From positions 19,592,001 through 19,656,000 of the forward strand of contig OX597822.1 of the NCBI GenBank assembly GCA_951406725.2: 64,000 nt of DNA, written 5' to 3'. Made by a program: the position numbers and the translations under genes. Origin of the DNA: Octopus vulgaris (taxonomy: Eukaryota). Of the stretch, positions 48,930-62,273 are shown in pieces (position 1 is the stretch's first letter; each line of letters starts with the position of its first letter). Below the pieces are notes generated by a model. That model had not been told where the DNA came from. It saw only the letters and a list, made by a program, of their open reading frames with translations, and did not search any database.

Positions 48930-49719
48930 CGTGCTCGCTTAGCCAGCAGGGTGGCGTCATTTGGAGGCTAAAACAATGTGAAGCGCATTGTGACCAGTGA
49001 TGTGTAACAACATCTGATGGCCTGGTCGGTCACGTGATCACGTGATATATATATATAAACATACACACACACACATACATGCATGTTTGTATGTATGTGT
49101 GTGTCTTGTCTTGACATCACGTCAGTTGTAAATAAGTGTCAGTTATACAAGCAATGTTGTTCATTTCCAGTATTCTGGGAAAGCATGTTTGGCCATAGGG
49201 AAATATTACCTGGATTGGAAACAGGTTAGGTGAGGGTTGGCAACAGGAAGAGTATCCAGTTGTAGAAAATCTGCCTCAATAAACTGCATATGATTCATGC
49301 AAGCATTGGAAAAGAAGACATTAAAATGATGATAATAATGGTGATTAACTCACAAATGTTTAAGCTTTAATATCATGCACATCAATGTCACCTGTCTGGG
49401 TCGTCTTTACTAAGTGATGAAGTAGCAATAATAGGAACTGCCTGTAGGTTAGTAATTTTGCAGAAGCTGCAACTGTAATGCTGTCCTAGATATGTGAGTA
49501 GCACTGTCATATGAGTCTTTTAGCTTGGTAGAATGTCAGCAAGTGATTAGAATTGAAGTATTTTTGTGGCTTTGAAGAGAAAGTTTTGTTTTTATGCATA
49601 AAGTTTTGGCAGTGTTTAATATATGTGAGGTCACGATGACTAAGTTACAGAGATTGTGAGATTTAACCTCTGTAACAAGTTAGATGACTTTAATTTTATG
49701 TCATCTGGTTTAAGAAAGG

Positions 49720-50262
49720 TGTGGGGGACTGTGTGTAAAGAAGGCATAGGGGCAGTGTGTAAAGAGGGTGTAGGGGTCCACATGTAAGGAGGATGTGTGG
49801 CCTATGTGTAAGGGAAGTGTGTGGTGAGTTTCATGTGTAAGGAGGGCATGGGGGTCTAGGTGTCAGAGAAGGTGTGGGGCCCCCATGTGTAAGGAGGTTA
49901 TGGGGGCCCAAGTGTCACAGGTGTGGGGCTCATATGTAAGGGAAGCTGTAGGGTCTGATGGGGGAGTGGTCCATGTGTAAGGAGGATGTGTGGCCCATGT
50001 GTAAGGGAAGGTGTGGGGTGAGACCCATCTGTAAGGGATGTGTGTACGGTTTCATGTGTAAGGAGGGCATGGGGGTCTAGGTGTCAGAGAAGGTGTGGGG
50101 CCCCATGCATAAAGAGGGCATGGGGGTTCAGGTGTCAGAGAAGGTGTGTGACCCCATGTGTAAGGAGGTTATGGGGGGCCCAAGTATCAAAGGTGTGGGG
50201 CTCATATGTAAGGGAAGCTGTTGGGTCTGATGGGGGGAGGGGGTCCATGTGTAAGGAGGGTG
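49720..50262 (+). repeat. G-rich minisatellite with higher-order duplication
   Basis: About 30-bp units (atgtgtaaggagg..gggg); block 49829-49986 recurs within 50050-50258. Confidence 0.8.
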
Positions 50263-50881
50263 TGATACAAAGCAGTTTCCTTGATAAAGTGTTTTGGTGA
50301 TGTTCAGAGAAGCCAGGCTGTCGTATCCTCTGTTGATAGTCTCTTCTCTTGGAATCAGTGCATATTAGGCTAAACATACTCTCCACATTGTTTGTGAATG
50401 ATTTCTGTGTACAGAATATTGTGATGAAGTGAAGGAGAGTACCAATATAATCCGTATAGGAGTTTGTGAGAAGTGTTAATGGTGGAATCATATTGAATAT
50501 TGAAGTGCATCAGAGTTGATTGATGAACTATATAAATATATTTTAATAGAGTGGCCTGATAAAAAACAAAAACAAAAAAATTCTGGTGCAAGAAGTAAGG
50601 TATGTCAAGAGTCCATTGGCAAGAAGTTCTTATGCCAGTCCCAGTTGAAGGTTTTGTTGCTGTTTAGGCCCAGGTCAGTTCTGAATAACCAAACTAGGAT
50701 GAACACAGTACAACTGTGACCATCTGCTCTTGTTATTCATATGTAGAACTACATTATCTAATGTGTTCTTGCCTATTTAAGATAGGAGACTGTGATTTGA
50801 AGCACAATTAGCTACTCAAACAGCCAAAGAGAGGCACCTTTGAAGACCTTATTGATTTTTGGTGACACTCTCTGTGTATAA

Positions 50882-50939
<58 letters not shown>

Positions 50940-51228
50940 AGAGAGAGAGAGCAATATATTTTACCCACTACTCCACTAAGTTCTGTTGAAGTCACCATAT
51001 CTGTAAATGTTGTCTGCAGTTTCTTGAGGTGGTTTGGTGGGTCAAGGTTTTCTCTCCTGCTTAACAACTGCATAAAACAGTTTCAACAGCTCAATAAAAG
51101 TATAGGTTTTTCCAAGTTATTAATATTTCAAGAAAATTATATTGTATTTAATTCAAAAAAATTTTTTTTTTACTTATCTTTTTTTTATATCAAAAATAAA
51201 ATATCTTCAAAACTTTCCTGTCTTTCAG

Positions 51229-51266
51229 AACCCAAAAGATTTCATTCATTCTGTGAAAGATAAGTA
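51229..51266 (+). CDS. CCDC61: CCDC61 small exon (NPKDFIHSVKDK-Y) ending at a U12 donor
   Basis: tctttcag acceptor; followed by ATATCCTTT. Confidence 0.78.
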
Positions 51267-52974
51267 ATATCCTTTTTGCTATAAATCACATCTTCAGTAT
51301 TCTGTTGATTGTAGTCTAGAAAATGCTAAACTGTTTTGTTTTTGTTTTTATGGTTTAGTCAATGTTGGTGGGTGTGGAGTACCACCTGTGACCCTTTTTG
51401 GGGTCTCTGAAAATTGGAGATCTGGGTTAAGTACTTTGCAACAGAGTAGACTCTGCTAAAAGTACCCAAGAGAAAGGGGTTGGGTTTAAACTGGATGACT
51501 ATATACCAACTAAGAGATAGATGGATTTATAAACACAGAGAGAGAGAGAGAGGGAGAGACTGATATAGATATATAGGTAGATAAATGGAATGCATCATAG
51601 AAAACAAAATATCAATTGGTAACAAAATTACAACACTTCCAAGATTTTTAGTGAAGTGAATGTTGAGACATTTGATGTGTAAATGATAAGTTCAATACTG
51701 TAAGAAGCAAGGTTCTTGTAAAAACAATCTGTCACAAGTTTTGATTCCCAGTTGTGGGCAACTTACTTTTATTTACACCACTTCATATCTTTGAGAAAAG
51801 TATGTAAATTTGACAATTTCATTCTTCTGTTGTAAATTGGTAGTGTTGCAAGAAATCATCAGGGATATAAGTGAATTAAAATTACTATAATTGTAAATAA
51901 TGTCTGTGTTGTAGACTTGGTTTATAAAGGTGTTATCTTTCTATTACAGATCTTATAACTGAGAAAGGTATGGGGAAACATGCTCCATTGCAGCACATTG
52001 CTACATCCACCATTTGTTAGTATTTGTTGAGATTGTTCCGGGTAACTCTCTCTGAGCTGTGTCCCAGTTAGTCTCCATCTCCTTGAGATAACTTCCTCAT
52101 TTGCAATGACCATGTGACATGTTGCTGACCAACATGAGCCATTACCCCAGTTGGGTCCTCAGAGAAGAGAATGCTATATGTTGGATCCAACTTGGAAAAT
52201 TGAGTAACATAACCAAACAGTCTGAACTGACACACTTGAATCATACAAGCAACATGATGCATCCCAATTTCCGATTAAAGTCATTGGTTGGATACAAAAT
52301 TCAACCAATGGTAATCTGTAATCCTGCAAATCCTGGTAATCAAGCATCCTGGTGCCAAAGGAAAGTTAAATTTTTATTCAAGTATCTGAGTAGCTTTTCA
52401 AATTTGTGAATTCATTGGTCTTAGTGATTATGAAAAAATGGTTTTAATGTCTATGTAGACATGATTCTTAACATTTATATAAACGTCTCTTGATGTCAGT
52501 ATAGATATGGTTCTTAATGTCTGTGTAGAATATGGTCCTTAATTTCACATTCATATGACAAATTTGGCTTGTATCACAAGAGTTGTGTTGCACCAACTAG
52601 TAATTCAACTAGCTGAAAAACTGGAAATCTTTTCCATCCTATATTTAAGTGGTTACTAGACATTGCATGCAGTTGTAAAGTATATAGTTTATGTAATATC
52701 TTACATTCTCCAGAACTATTAAGCCAAATTTTTATGAGAAAATGTCAAGAGGTTTTGAGAACATGAAATTTAGTCTGAGACAGTTGTTATCTGCAAAATT
52801 TGATTTAATTAGAGCTTAGAGCTTTTCTTCTTCTGTCCACCAGTAATTATATATCAGGAATTGTGTTAAAGAGAAAGGAGATGAAAAAATGCAAAAGCTT
52901 GTCAGAAGATTTTAAATGATACACAGATAATAATTTTTAGTTTTCAGGAAAATATTACTTCCTTAACTTGTCAC
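51267..52974 (+). other. U12-type (minor spliceosome) AT-AC intron
   Basis: 5'ss ATATCCTTT, branch point TTCCTTAAC at 52959-52967, 3'ss CAC at 52972-52974; the only junction pair found that keeps the frame open into the conserved last exon. Confidence 0.85.
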
Positions 52975-53018
52975 TCATTCCTCAAAACTGTTGCATCCAC
53001 AAACTCGGAAATCCAAAA
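52975..53018 (+). CDS. CCDC61: CCDC61 small exon (HSSKLLHPQTRKSK)
   Basis: Follows the AC acceptor, GTAAGT donor, phase 2 in and 1 out. Confidence 0.78.
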
Positions 53019-53190
53019 GTAAGTATAAACTATTTTGTGACTAATAAATTTATAAGTTTTGATCTCTGCTATTGAAATTAGCTTTGTAAAAAAAAAGTTT
53101 TTCTTATGAATTTAATGTTTTCTTGGACCCTTAAAACATGCATAAACACATGTATGACTTAAATTTAAGCAAACATCATATTTCAAATGT

Positions 53191-53223
<33 letters not shown>

Positions 53224-53224
<1 letters not shown>

Positions 53225-53800
53225 GAAGTAGTGGGGGAACATATGCCCTGATGCAGTACCAAGCAGTGACTCCCGTGGCTTCTGATCTTAACTGATTGGA
53301 AGTGTTATTATGTACAATGTTTTGTCTTGGTATAAAAGATGGGCTACAGCAAATATTATGCTCAAAATCACAGATTTGCTTATCAGTTGTTTGACCTTAA
53401 CCAATTGAGCATGTCCCTTAGTGGCTGACGATATGTGCATCTCTGATCACGAGCAGAAGTAGTGGGGAGCATCATAGCCATGTGTTGAGAGGGATTATTT
53501 GGGGTTTGAATAATTCACCTTTGGAAACATGGGTGTTTCGTTCAACATCCTTAAACTATCCTTATTCAGGGACCTTTTGGGCAGGATGGGTTACTTGACC
53601 AGAAGAAAATTCTAACTGGGTCCCACCTGCAAGGTCATGTGCTGTTTATTTTGATATGAGATCAACATGTCACACACATATGGTTGTGATGCATGTGCCA
53701 AGTGTACCCTTATCAGACGGGTAGTTATGATGGGTATACTGGGCTTTGTATATTTTACTCCAGTGTCACTTTTATGGCATGCACTGCTCTCTCAATAAAA
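53224..53800. repeat. Unclassified interspersed repeat next to (TAA)n
   Basis: 53357-53494 recurs in inverted orientation at about 59470-59612. Confidence 0.6.
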
Positions 53801-54660
53801 TAATGAAATTATTGTGTATGGTGCTCAGGTACACTACAACTCATCAAAGGTTCATGTACAGTACATAGAATTATATACAAAAGTCAGGAAAGTGAACAGT
53901 GTATGAGTCATGATATACATGTGTGCATGTGTATGGAGGACAGGGATATCAAGTGTAATGTTGAATATCAGGAAGCATGGAGGTTTTAAAGGATGCAATG
54001 TCTCAGCAACTAACAACTGATGCAAGTAGTTTGTTCTATGCTTCAGCAACTCTGAGTTTGAAAAAAAGTTTCTGAAAATCATGAGAGCTGTGCTGTTTTC
54101 TGACTATGTAGGCATGCCCACATGTGTTAGACACATGGAGCTCAAAAAGGTGCTCAGGGTGGTTGTTGGCATGATGGTTAATAATTTTGTAGGTGTTTAC
54201 CAAGTCAGTTGCCAGATGTTGGAGCTTCAGTGTATCTATACCCAGGGAAGCAAGGCGTTCAGAGTATGGTAGATGCCTGGTGGAGGGTATTTGCTTGGTT
54301 GCATATCTCTGAACAGTTTCCAGGAGGTCAATGTCCTGAGCAAGATAGGGGTTCCAGACTGGTGATGCAAATTCCAAGTGTGGCTGCACCATGGCCATAT
54401 ACAGTCTCAAATAGATAGCTGGAGAGCAGCTGACAAAGACCTTGCTGAGTGATGCCAAGACACCTTTGGCTTTTTTGACAATTTTAGAGATGTGCTTTGT
54501 CCAGTACAAATCACTGTTGACAGTAATGCCCAGGTCATATTCACAAGAAGACCTTTTGATATTAGTGTTGTGGAGGGAGTATGTGGACGCTGGGTTTTTC
54601 TTCCCAAAATGCCTGGTGGTACACTTGTCCACAGCCAGCTTGAGTTGTCAGTTGGTGATC
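53800..54660 (-). mobile_element. CR1/L2-group LINE 3' fragment
   Basis: YDLGITVNSDL, LYMAMVQPHLEFASPVWNP, LETVQRYATK. Confidence 0.85.
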
Positions 54661-54758
54661 CATTGTTGCATTGTGTTTGTACATCATCATCATTATTCAT
54701 TGTTGCATTGTTTTTGTACTTGATCATCATCATCAAGATTTTAATGTCTAATTATCTA

Positions 54759-55163
54759 GGCGCAGGAGTGGCTGTGTGGTAAGTAGCTTGCTAACCAACC
54801 ACATGGTTCCGGGTTCAGTCCCACTGCGTGGCATCTTGGGCAAGTGTCTTCTGCTATAGCCCTGGGCCGACCAATGCCTTGTGAGTGGATTTGGTAGACG
54901 GAAACTGAAAGAAGCCTGTCGTACATATGTATATATATATATATATGTTTGTGTGTCTGTGTTTGTCCCCCTAGCATTGCTTTACAACCGATGCTGGTGT
55001 CTTTACGTCCCCGTTACTTAGCGGTTCAGCAAAAGAGACCAATAGAATAAGTACTGGACTTACAAAAGAATAGGTCTCGGGGTCGATTTGCTTGACTAAA
55101 GGCGGTGCTCTGCTCCAGCATGGCTGCAGTCAAATGACTGAAACAAGTAAAAGAGTAAAAGAG
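54759..55163 (+). mobile_element. CORE-like SINE with tail B (best-preserved copy)
   Basis: ggcgcaggagtggctgtgtggtaag..ggttcagtccc head, (TA)/(TG) hinge, tail ending (gtaaaaga)n; also at 28637-28950 and 55948-56300. Confidence 0.85.
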
Positions 55164-56593
55164 CTGCTTCAATGCATTATAACTACATAAACAATTATGT
55201 AATAGGGATGTGAAAGCAATGTTGTGAATTGAACATTTAGATCAGCTCAAATATGTCTGGAATATATTTGATTTGTAAAAAAGCCATTTTCTCTTAAGTT
55301 TGCCATGGAGAAAATTGTAGCTTTAGGTAATAGGTGTCAAAACACCATTTCATAGTGTCCTCTGGTGGAATGATGAAAATACATTTCAAACTGTTTGGCT
55401 ATCATCAACGTTGTGTGCTACAAGGGAGACAACTCTAAAATGACTCTTGAAAGTCATGGCTTTCTTATAGAAAACCAATATAATTATGAACTGACTATTT
55501 GTGATGCTGGCTAGTCTTAAATAAAATATGTAGAAGACACATGAAAGCAGTCTTGTGAATTAAATATTTAGATCAGTTCAGTAATGTTTGGGACAAATAT
55601 AATTATTATATTATAAACTATTTTTGTTAGAGTTTGAATTCAATTTTTATGAATTTCTCATACAAATCTATAAAAACTGCTTATACCATGTGTATAGCCC
55701 AGTGGTTAGGGTGTTGACCCACAGGCATAAAGTTGTGGGTTTGATTCTTGGACAGGACAGTACATTATGTCATTATGAAATAAGTTACTTCATTTTATGT
55801 AGCTCCTGTTTACTCAGCTGAAGTGATTACCAGATATAATAATTGTGACTATCAGTTCAGTTGTTTGCAGTAATTATAATTAGTGACTGAACGCTTTCTT
55901 AATCTAGACAGAAAACAATACTTCACAAAGCATCCAGTTTGATAATATGCACCGGTATGCCAGTGTGGTTAAGAAGCTTGCTTTTCAATCACATAGTTCC
56001 AGGTTCAGTCTCACTCCATGGCATTTTGGGCAAGTGTCTTCTACTATAACCCTGAGCCAACCAATGTCTTGTGAGTGAATTTGGTCAATGGAAACTTGTG
56101 TGGAAGTCTGTTGAATATATATATGTGTGTGTCTAAGTGGTGTTGGTTTGTTTATGTCCCTGTAACTTTGTAGTTCAGCAAAAGAGACTGATAGAATGTA
56201 CCAAGCTTAAAAAATAAATACTGGGGTTAATCTGTTCAGTTAAACCCCTTCATGGCAGTACCCCAGCATGGCTGCAGTCCAATGACTAAAGCAAAGTAAA
56301 AAACCGAAGGTAAACTATTGCAGATCACTGAATGCATTGTCATCATACAAAACTTCGGAATGGAGTTGTTTCCCTATTTTATTAGAAATTGGTGTTGGAA
56401 ACCGTAAAAGTTTGAATCAGATAATGATGATGAAAGATGATGGTGAGAGTCTGAGATTACATGATGTTCATGCTTTTCTTGTGGATGAAATCAGAACGAG
56501 GTTTTCAATAGATGGGAGCTTATTTCTCTCTGACGTTCAAAAATATTTATGATAAATATTGATTTTCTTTTTCTTTTAATTCTTTCTCTTCAG

Positions 56594-56724
56594 AAGTTGA
56601 TAGCATTGAACACTCACTGGAAATTAGTGAAATGAATGTTCTTGAGAGACCACTGGACATTGGAGAAATTGATGCCAAGCTGGAGCAATTGCAACAACAA
56701 TTATTGAAAAGTGGTATATCCTAG
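56594..56724 (+). CDS. CCDC61: CCDC61 terminal coding exon (..DIGEIDAKLEQLQQQLLKSGIS*)
   Basis: Long pyrimidine tract + CAG; resembles recalled CCDC61 C-terminal EIDARLKALQ motif; TAG followed by (TAA)4. Confidence 0.9.
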
Positions 56725-58965
56725 TAATAATAATAACTTGAACAATTTAAATTCTCTTCTGAAACTTAGACAGATGTTTTACACTTTAGTTGTATTTTAA
56801 AATTTATAATTTATGCTTGTTATTATTATTATTATTATTATCAAGGTGGTGAACTGGCAGAATTGTTAGTGCGTCAGACAAAATGCTTAGCAGCATTTCT
56901 TCCAGCACTTTACATTCTTGTATCAATAAAATAAGTACCAGTTGAGCACTGGGGTTGATGTAATTGACTAACCTCCTCCCCTTAAAATTGCTGGCCTTGT
57001 GCCAAAATTTGAAGCCATTATTATTATTATTGGGTTTTTGTCTTACACAATAAACAATGAAATTAAACATGAATTTTTTTTGCAATAATTATGAAATACA
57101 GTAGACATTATACTGTCTAAAGAGATGAAGAAATGAATGTGTGTGTGAGTATTTGTCTAACCAATGCTAGCATGGATTGGACTATTTGAATAGTATGTTA
57201 TGGTTGGACACCTTGTCTATTGCCAAACCATACCAGTTTGACAAAAAAAGGAATTTCTACTTTCACTGTTCTTCAGAAGCACAGAGCAATCGCTTCCAAT
57301 GTCATAAAGGAATGTAAGCATCATATCATCATTTTATTCAGGCAATGAGAAATGAAACTCTGGAATGTCAACATTTGTGCACGTGCATATACACACAATA
57401 TACAAGCATTATAAAAATATTTAATCTATAATCCTTACTCCAACAAAATAGATTCTGTTTTGCCTTTGGCTCATTGATGAGCCTTAACCTTTCAGCATTT
57501 AAACTGACCATATCTGCCCAAAATATTCTGCCTGTTTTATGTCCCAACTGGCCTGATCTGGCTTCTCGCACTCACCTTACAATGTCATTCTAAAAATAAA
57601 TGACATCATTGAAATCTTGAAGCTACAAGACAATGCATGATTAATTCAAAACAATAAACAAGCATTACATTTGATATTTTTTATTCACTCTCAAATTTAT
57701 CTTTTGAGTATTTTATTCTAAGTAGTCATAGTTTCTTTTTGAACTTGTCACCCCCTGGACTATATGAACATTATATATAGTTATAGGTGTGGTGTGGTTA
57801 AGTCTGGATAAGATTTCATTGAAGACATACCAGTGAATCAGAAGTATAATTCTAGAAACAAGGGCTGTTATTCTTGTATGCCATTCTAGCTCTGTAAGAA
57901 AACAGTCCTATAACATTAAATGAAGTATTTAGTTAATTACTTTTTCTGGTTTTTTTTCTATATTTTCTCATTGTATCACAGCAAGTATTCTGTTGATATT
58001 TTTATATACATATGAAACACTGGAAAAGTTTACTTTTCGGTTTTCTCTTACTTTCAACGAGTCAAGTATATTATTACTACATCGTGGTTGTGATCACTTT
58101 GATAGATATTATATCTGGAATATTGTATATGAAAGATGAGGATAGTTGCATAAAGAAGTGCTGATCACTTAAAGTGGAGGGAAATTGTGGAAGAGGGAGA
58201 CCCAGGAAGACATGGGGTGAAGTATTGAAGGCTCCTTACAAAGGAGATGACAGAGCATCGAGATATGTGGCGCATTGCAGTACTTGACCAACTCTCAACA
58301 ACAGAATTGAGATCCTAAAACCAAGGTACCACATAAAAAGGACACATTAAGTATCATTTAATCGTAGGGTCTGTCCAGTCAGGATTGACTAAACAACAAC
58401 AAAGTACATTTTGGGTAGTTGTTAAAATATTTAATGGCAACTATTTTTCAAGTATTATTAAACAGAAAAAGAATGATTTTAATGAAAATAAATAATTTAT
58501 TGGCAGTCTATATGCATGCATAATCATAGTTCTATACAACACCTTCATCAATGTCGATAGTAAATTATTATCACAGAATCCATTCCAGTGTAGAGAGGAA
58601 AAACACTTTGAAATTAATTAAACAGAAACTACAAGAAAACTGTACAAAATAATACAACTGTTCATACTTTTTCATAGAATTTCTTTTTATGATGTAAATG
58701 CTCTAACTTTATTCTTCTGAAACATCAAATATGATAATTATAAATACTTTGTAGACGTTGCCAGAGCAAAAGATGGCATGAGTGTTGCAATGAGATTTAA
58801 TTTTTTTTAAATTGCTCCTTGCATATGTAAATATCTTATGGCTGGATGGCTGGACGAATAAAGGTATAGTGATTGTATTATATGCTTGTTATGTTCTTAT
58901 ATTATGCAAATAGTTATCTATTTCAGTAGTTTCTGCTTAATGAAGATATATTAAAAAATAAAACA

Positions 58966-59235
58966 TTAATGGTTGGTTAAAAGAGTATTTTGTGACATTA
59001 ATCTTTGATTCATTTGTAGAAGACATTTAAAAAAATTGATTAAATCGATAGGTGTTGGGTGACACAGTTCTAACCAGTGTGTACTTTTCCATGATACACT
59101 GCATGGTTCAAGACAAATGTAGTGATGCGTGAGATGAGAAAGTAAGACCTCCAGAAGGTGGTTTAACACTGGCTCAGGTAAAGGTAGGAGTCGAACAACC
59201 ACTTTATTCAGGTAGTCTATTGTGGCATGGGGACA
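58966..59235 (-). CDS. PTPDC1: Terminal exon of convergent PTPDC1-like gene (CPHATIDYLNKVVVRLLPLP..)
   Basis: tttctattttcag acceptor, 89 codons plus stop; in frame with 62716-62799; family call from recalled similarity only. Confidence 0.6.
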   Translation of the reverse strand, partial: CPHATIDYLNKVVVRLLPLPEPVLNHLLEVLLSHLTHHYICLEPCSVSWKSTHWLELCHPTPIDLINFFKCLLQMNQRLMSQNTLLTNH

Positions 59236-59863
59236 CTGAAAATAGAAATAAAAATAATAAATTTTTGTTGTTATATTCATAAATATCTGAGCAGAATCAA
59301 AGTCAGAAAATATTCTGGTATAGTCCAAGCATAAATTACACTGTTTAACACGATTTTTGTCCTTGGTTAGCAACTGTGATTTCCTATTTGCTGACCCTTA
59401 GAAAGTATGAAAAATGGCTTATATTTCCTTCAAACTTTGCTTTTGTTACATTTATTCAAATTCCAAAGAATCCCTCTCAACACATGGCTATGATGTTCTC
59501 CTACTACTCCTGATCAGAGATGCACATATTGCCAGCCACAAAGGGACATACTCAACTGGTTATGGTCAAGCAATTGACTAGCAAATATATGGTATTGAGC
59601 AGAATATTTGCTCTAATGATATTTGTGCTTCAGCAACTCAGCATTGAATCTGTTTGAAATGTAATGAAAAATAGGTCAGTTTCAAAACGTTGATTGTCCA
59701 GGGGATGAAAGCAAAGTTTGAAGGGAATAGTAGTAATTTCCTTTATATTTTAGATAGAAGCAAATAGGAAGTAACACTTACTGACCCAAAAATAAAAATT
59801 TTGTGACAGTTTGTATAAGTTCACATGATCTCTCTTATGGTCACAGCTATTACAAGTAGAAAC

Positions 59864-59955
59864 TCTTTTATTCATTTAATAACTTCAGTTGCAGGACTGC
59901 AGTAATTGTCTTTTATTCATTTAATAACTTCAGTTGCAGGACTGCAGTAATTGTC
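59864..59955. repeat. Perfect 45-bp tandem duplication
   Basis: tcttttattcatttaataacttcagttgcaggactgcagtaattg x2. Confidence 0.9.
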
Positions 59956-61497
59956 AATTATATCAACTTTAATGAAGCATACATTTTATTAAATAATTAT
60001 CTTATTTTTAGAGACATTAAATATGAATACACTATACACACATATGAAGGGCTTCTGTACAGTTTCCATTTACAAAATCATCAACTCCAGGCTATGATAG
60101 AAGATACTTGCCCATGGAGCCACACAGACAATGATAGTAACATGTAAAAGCCAGCATTAGTGGACATTACTAAATCTACAAAAATGGTTAACACCTTCCT
60201 TTTGAAGTTAAGAAACTACAAAGGGAAGTTCTAAAATGAACTGTCAGAGTCATTGGAGTATGACAAATGCTGTGTATGTATTCCAGCCATCCGTAACCTG
60301 GATTCAAATTCAGCTGAGGTCAATTTTACTTTTTCGTCATATTAGGGTGGATAAAGAGAAAAAAAACATACCAATCTGAAGTTTAATTTCTAATAAAGAT
60401 GTCTGGTCATGTCGTAATAATTGTAATGTAATCAATGCCAGAAAGTCAGTAGAAGAAATAGTGGAAGAAATTTACATTGAGGTTATGTCTGTTAGTAACA
60501 AAGAATTTCTCAGTAGACAAAAGGTAAACTGTGCAAAATATTTATAAAAGTGTGATGTAATGGACTTGTAGAATATCTGGAAAAGGTTGAAGAGAAATGA
60601 AATAAGCACGATGTTATTGACTTATATAAAACCAAACCGTAGGCATGAGATGAGAGACCAGCTTGATATCAAATGTGTATGCAGGAGAGACAACTGCAGT
60701 TGTATAGATATGTAATGTGAAAAGATGATGAATGTTGAGTGAAAAAGTGCTGATATCAGATGTCTGTGACAATGGAAGACAAAAAGAAATGGTTTTATCA
60801 GATTTCAGGATGTTGAGCTTCACAGATGATATGACAAAGGATTTGAGAGAAAAGGAGATATGCTGTGTCATACATCCAGCCAGCCTATATTTGCACGGAA
60901 AAGAACAATGACAAACTGTTGTGCATATTAACTTTTATAGCAATGCATGTCTGATTAACTAACCCTTTAGATTACTTTGTCAAACTTAATGCTTATTTAT
61001 TCACGTTGTTTTGCATTAATTATGCATTATCTCATAGCTTTAATATTTCAATGATGTGATTGTATTTTTGACAACACAGGGTAGGTGTGAGATGCCAGTT
61101 CAAACATAAAACAGGTAGAATATTTGGGTTGAATATGGTCGGTTTAAATGCTAATGGATTAATATTGCATCATATCAGTAAAAATATGTATATAGCTATC
61201 TCTGACTATTTGTACATATTGATAAACAAGACTTAGAGGAAAATTCTGACATAATGATACCGCAAATGTCTGGAATGTGCGTTTGTCAATTACATCAACT
61301 GGTACTTATTTTATTGACCTTCTGGAAAGATAAAAGGTTGATCTTGGCAAGCTTTTACGTCAACATAAAGGTACGTAATTAAACACCACAATATAATTAG
61401 TCTGTCACTCTACTGATTTACTGAATTATTGAGAATTTGTATGATCAACAAGTATGCTCCTATAGTCTGGAAGTAATCAAAGTATAAATAAGAATCT

Positions 61498-62273
61498 ATG
61501 TGTAATGTCAATGTCAGTGTGCACACGTGACAGAGTGTAAGTGCCCTGAGAGAAATGCTGGACATAAGAAGCATTGGATGCGGCGTGCAAGAGAGACGTC
61601 TGCGTTGGTATGGTCATGTACTACGGATGGATGAGGAGAGATGTGTGAAGAAGTGCCACTCCCAAACAGTTGAAAGAATCCGGGGTAGAGGTAGACCCAA
61701 GAAAACATGGGATGAGGTGGTCAAGCATGACCTTCAAACATTGGGCCTCACAGAGGCAATGATGAAAGACCAAGACCTCTGGAGATATGCTGTGACTGTG
61801 AAGACCCGACAAATAACGTGTGTTCATGGCTGTTTCCTGCACCAGCTTCACATAGAAGCCCTGGCTCACCCAAAGTACCTAGGATTGCAGGACGGCCTGC
61901 TATGCTTACCATGAGGAGACCTGTTGAGTCAAGTACATCAACATCAAAAAATCAAATGGAAGTTGTAGCTGTGATACCTGTGCTGGAGGCACGTAAAAGC
62001 ACCATCCGAACGTGGCCAATGCCAGCGCCGCCTTGACTGGCTTCTGTGCTGGTGGCACGTAAAAAGCACCAACTGATTGTGGCCGTTGCCAGCCTCCCTT
62101 GGCACGTAAAAAGCACCCACTACACTCACGGAGTGGATGGCGTTAGGAAGGGCATCAAGCTGTAGAAACACTGCCAGATCAGACTAGAGCCTGGTGCAGC
62201 CTCCTGGCTTCCCAGATCCCGGTCAAACCATCCAACCCATGCTAGCAAGGAAAACGGACGTTAAACGATGATG
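61498..62273 (+). mobile_element. RTE family A diverged 3' fragment
   Basis: VQERRLRWYGHV..GRGRPKKTWDEVV; UTR units and (GAT)n tail. Confidence 0.9.

Noticed and set aside
52948-53018. Exon with an in-frame TAA rescued by RNA editing or readthrough
   Set aside because: The TAA is part of a U12 branch point; AT-AC splicing explains the frame more simply
60372-60576. Possible minus-strand exon with good-looking splice sites
   Set aside because: Stops in all three frames, and the flanking exons already join in frame
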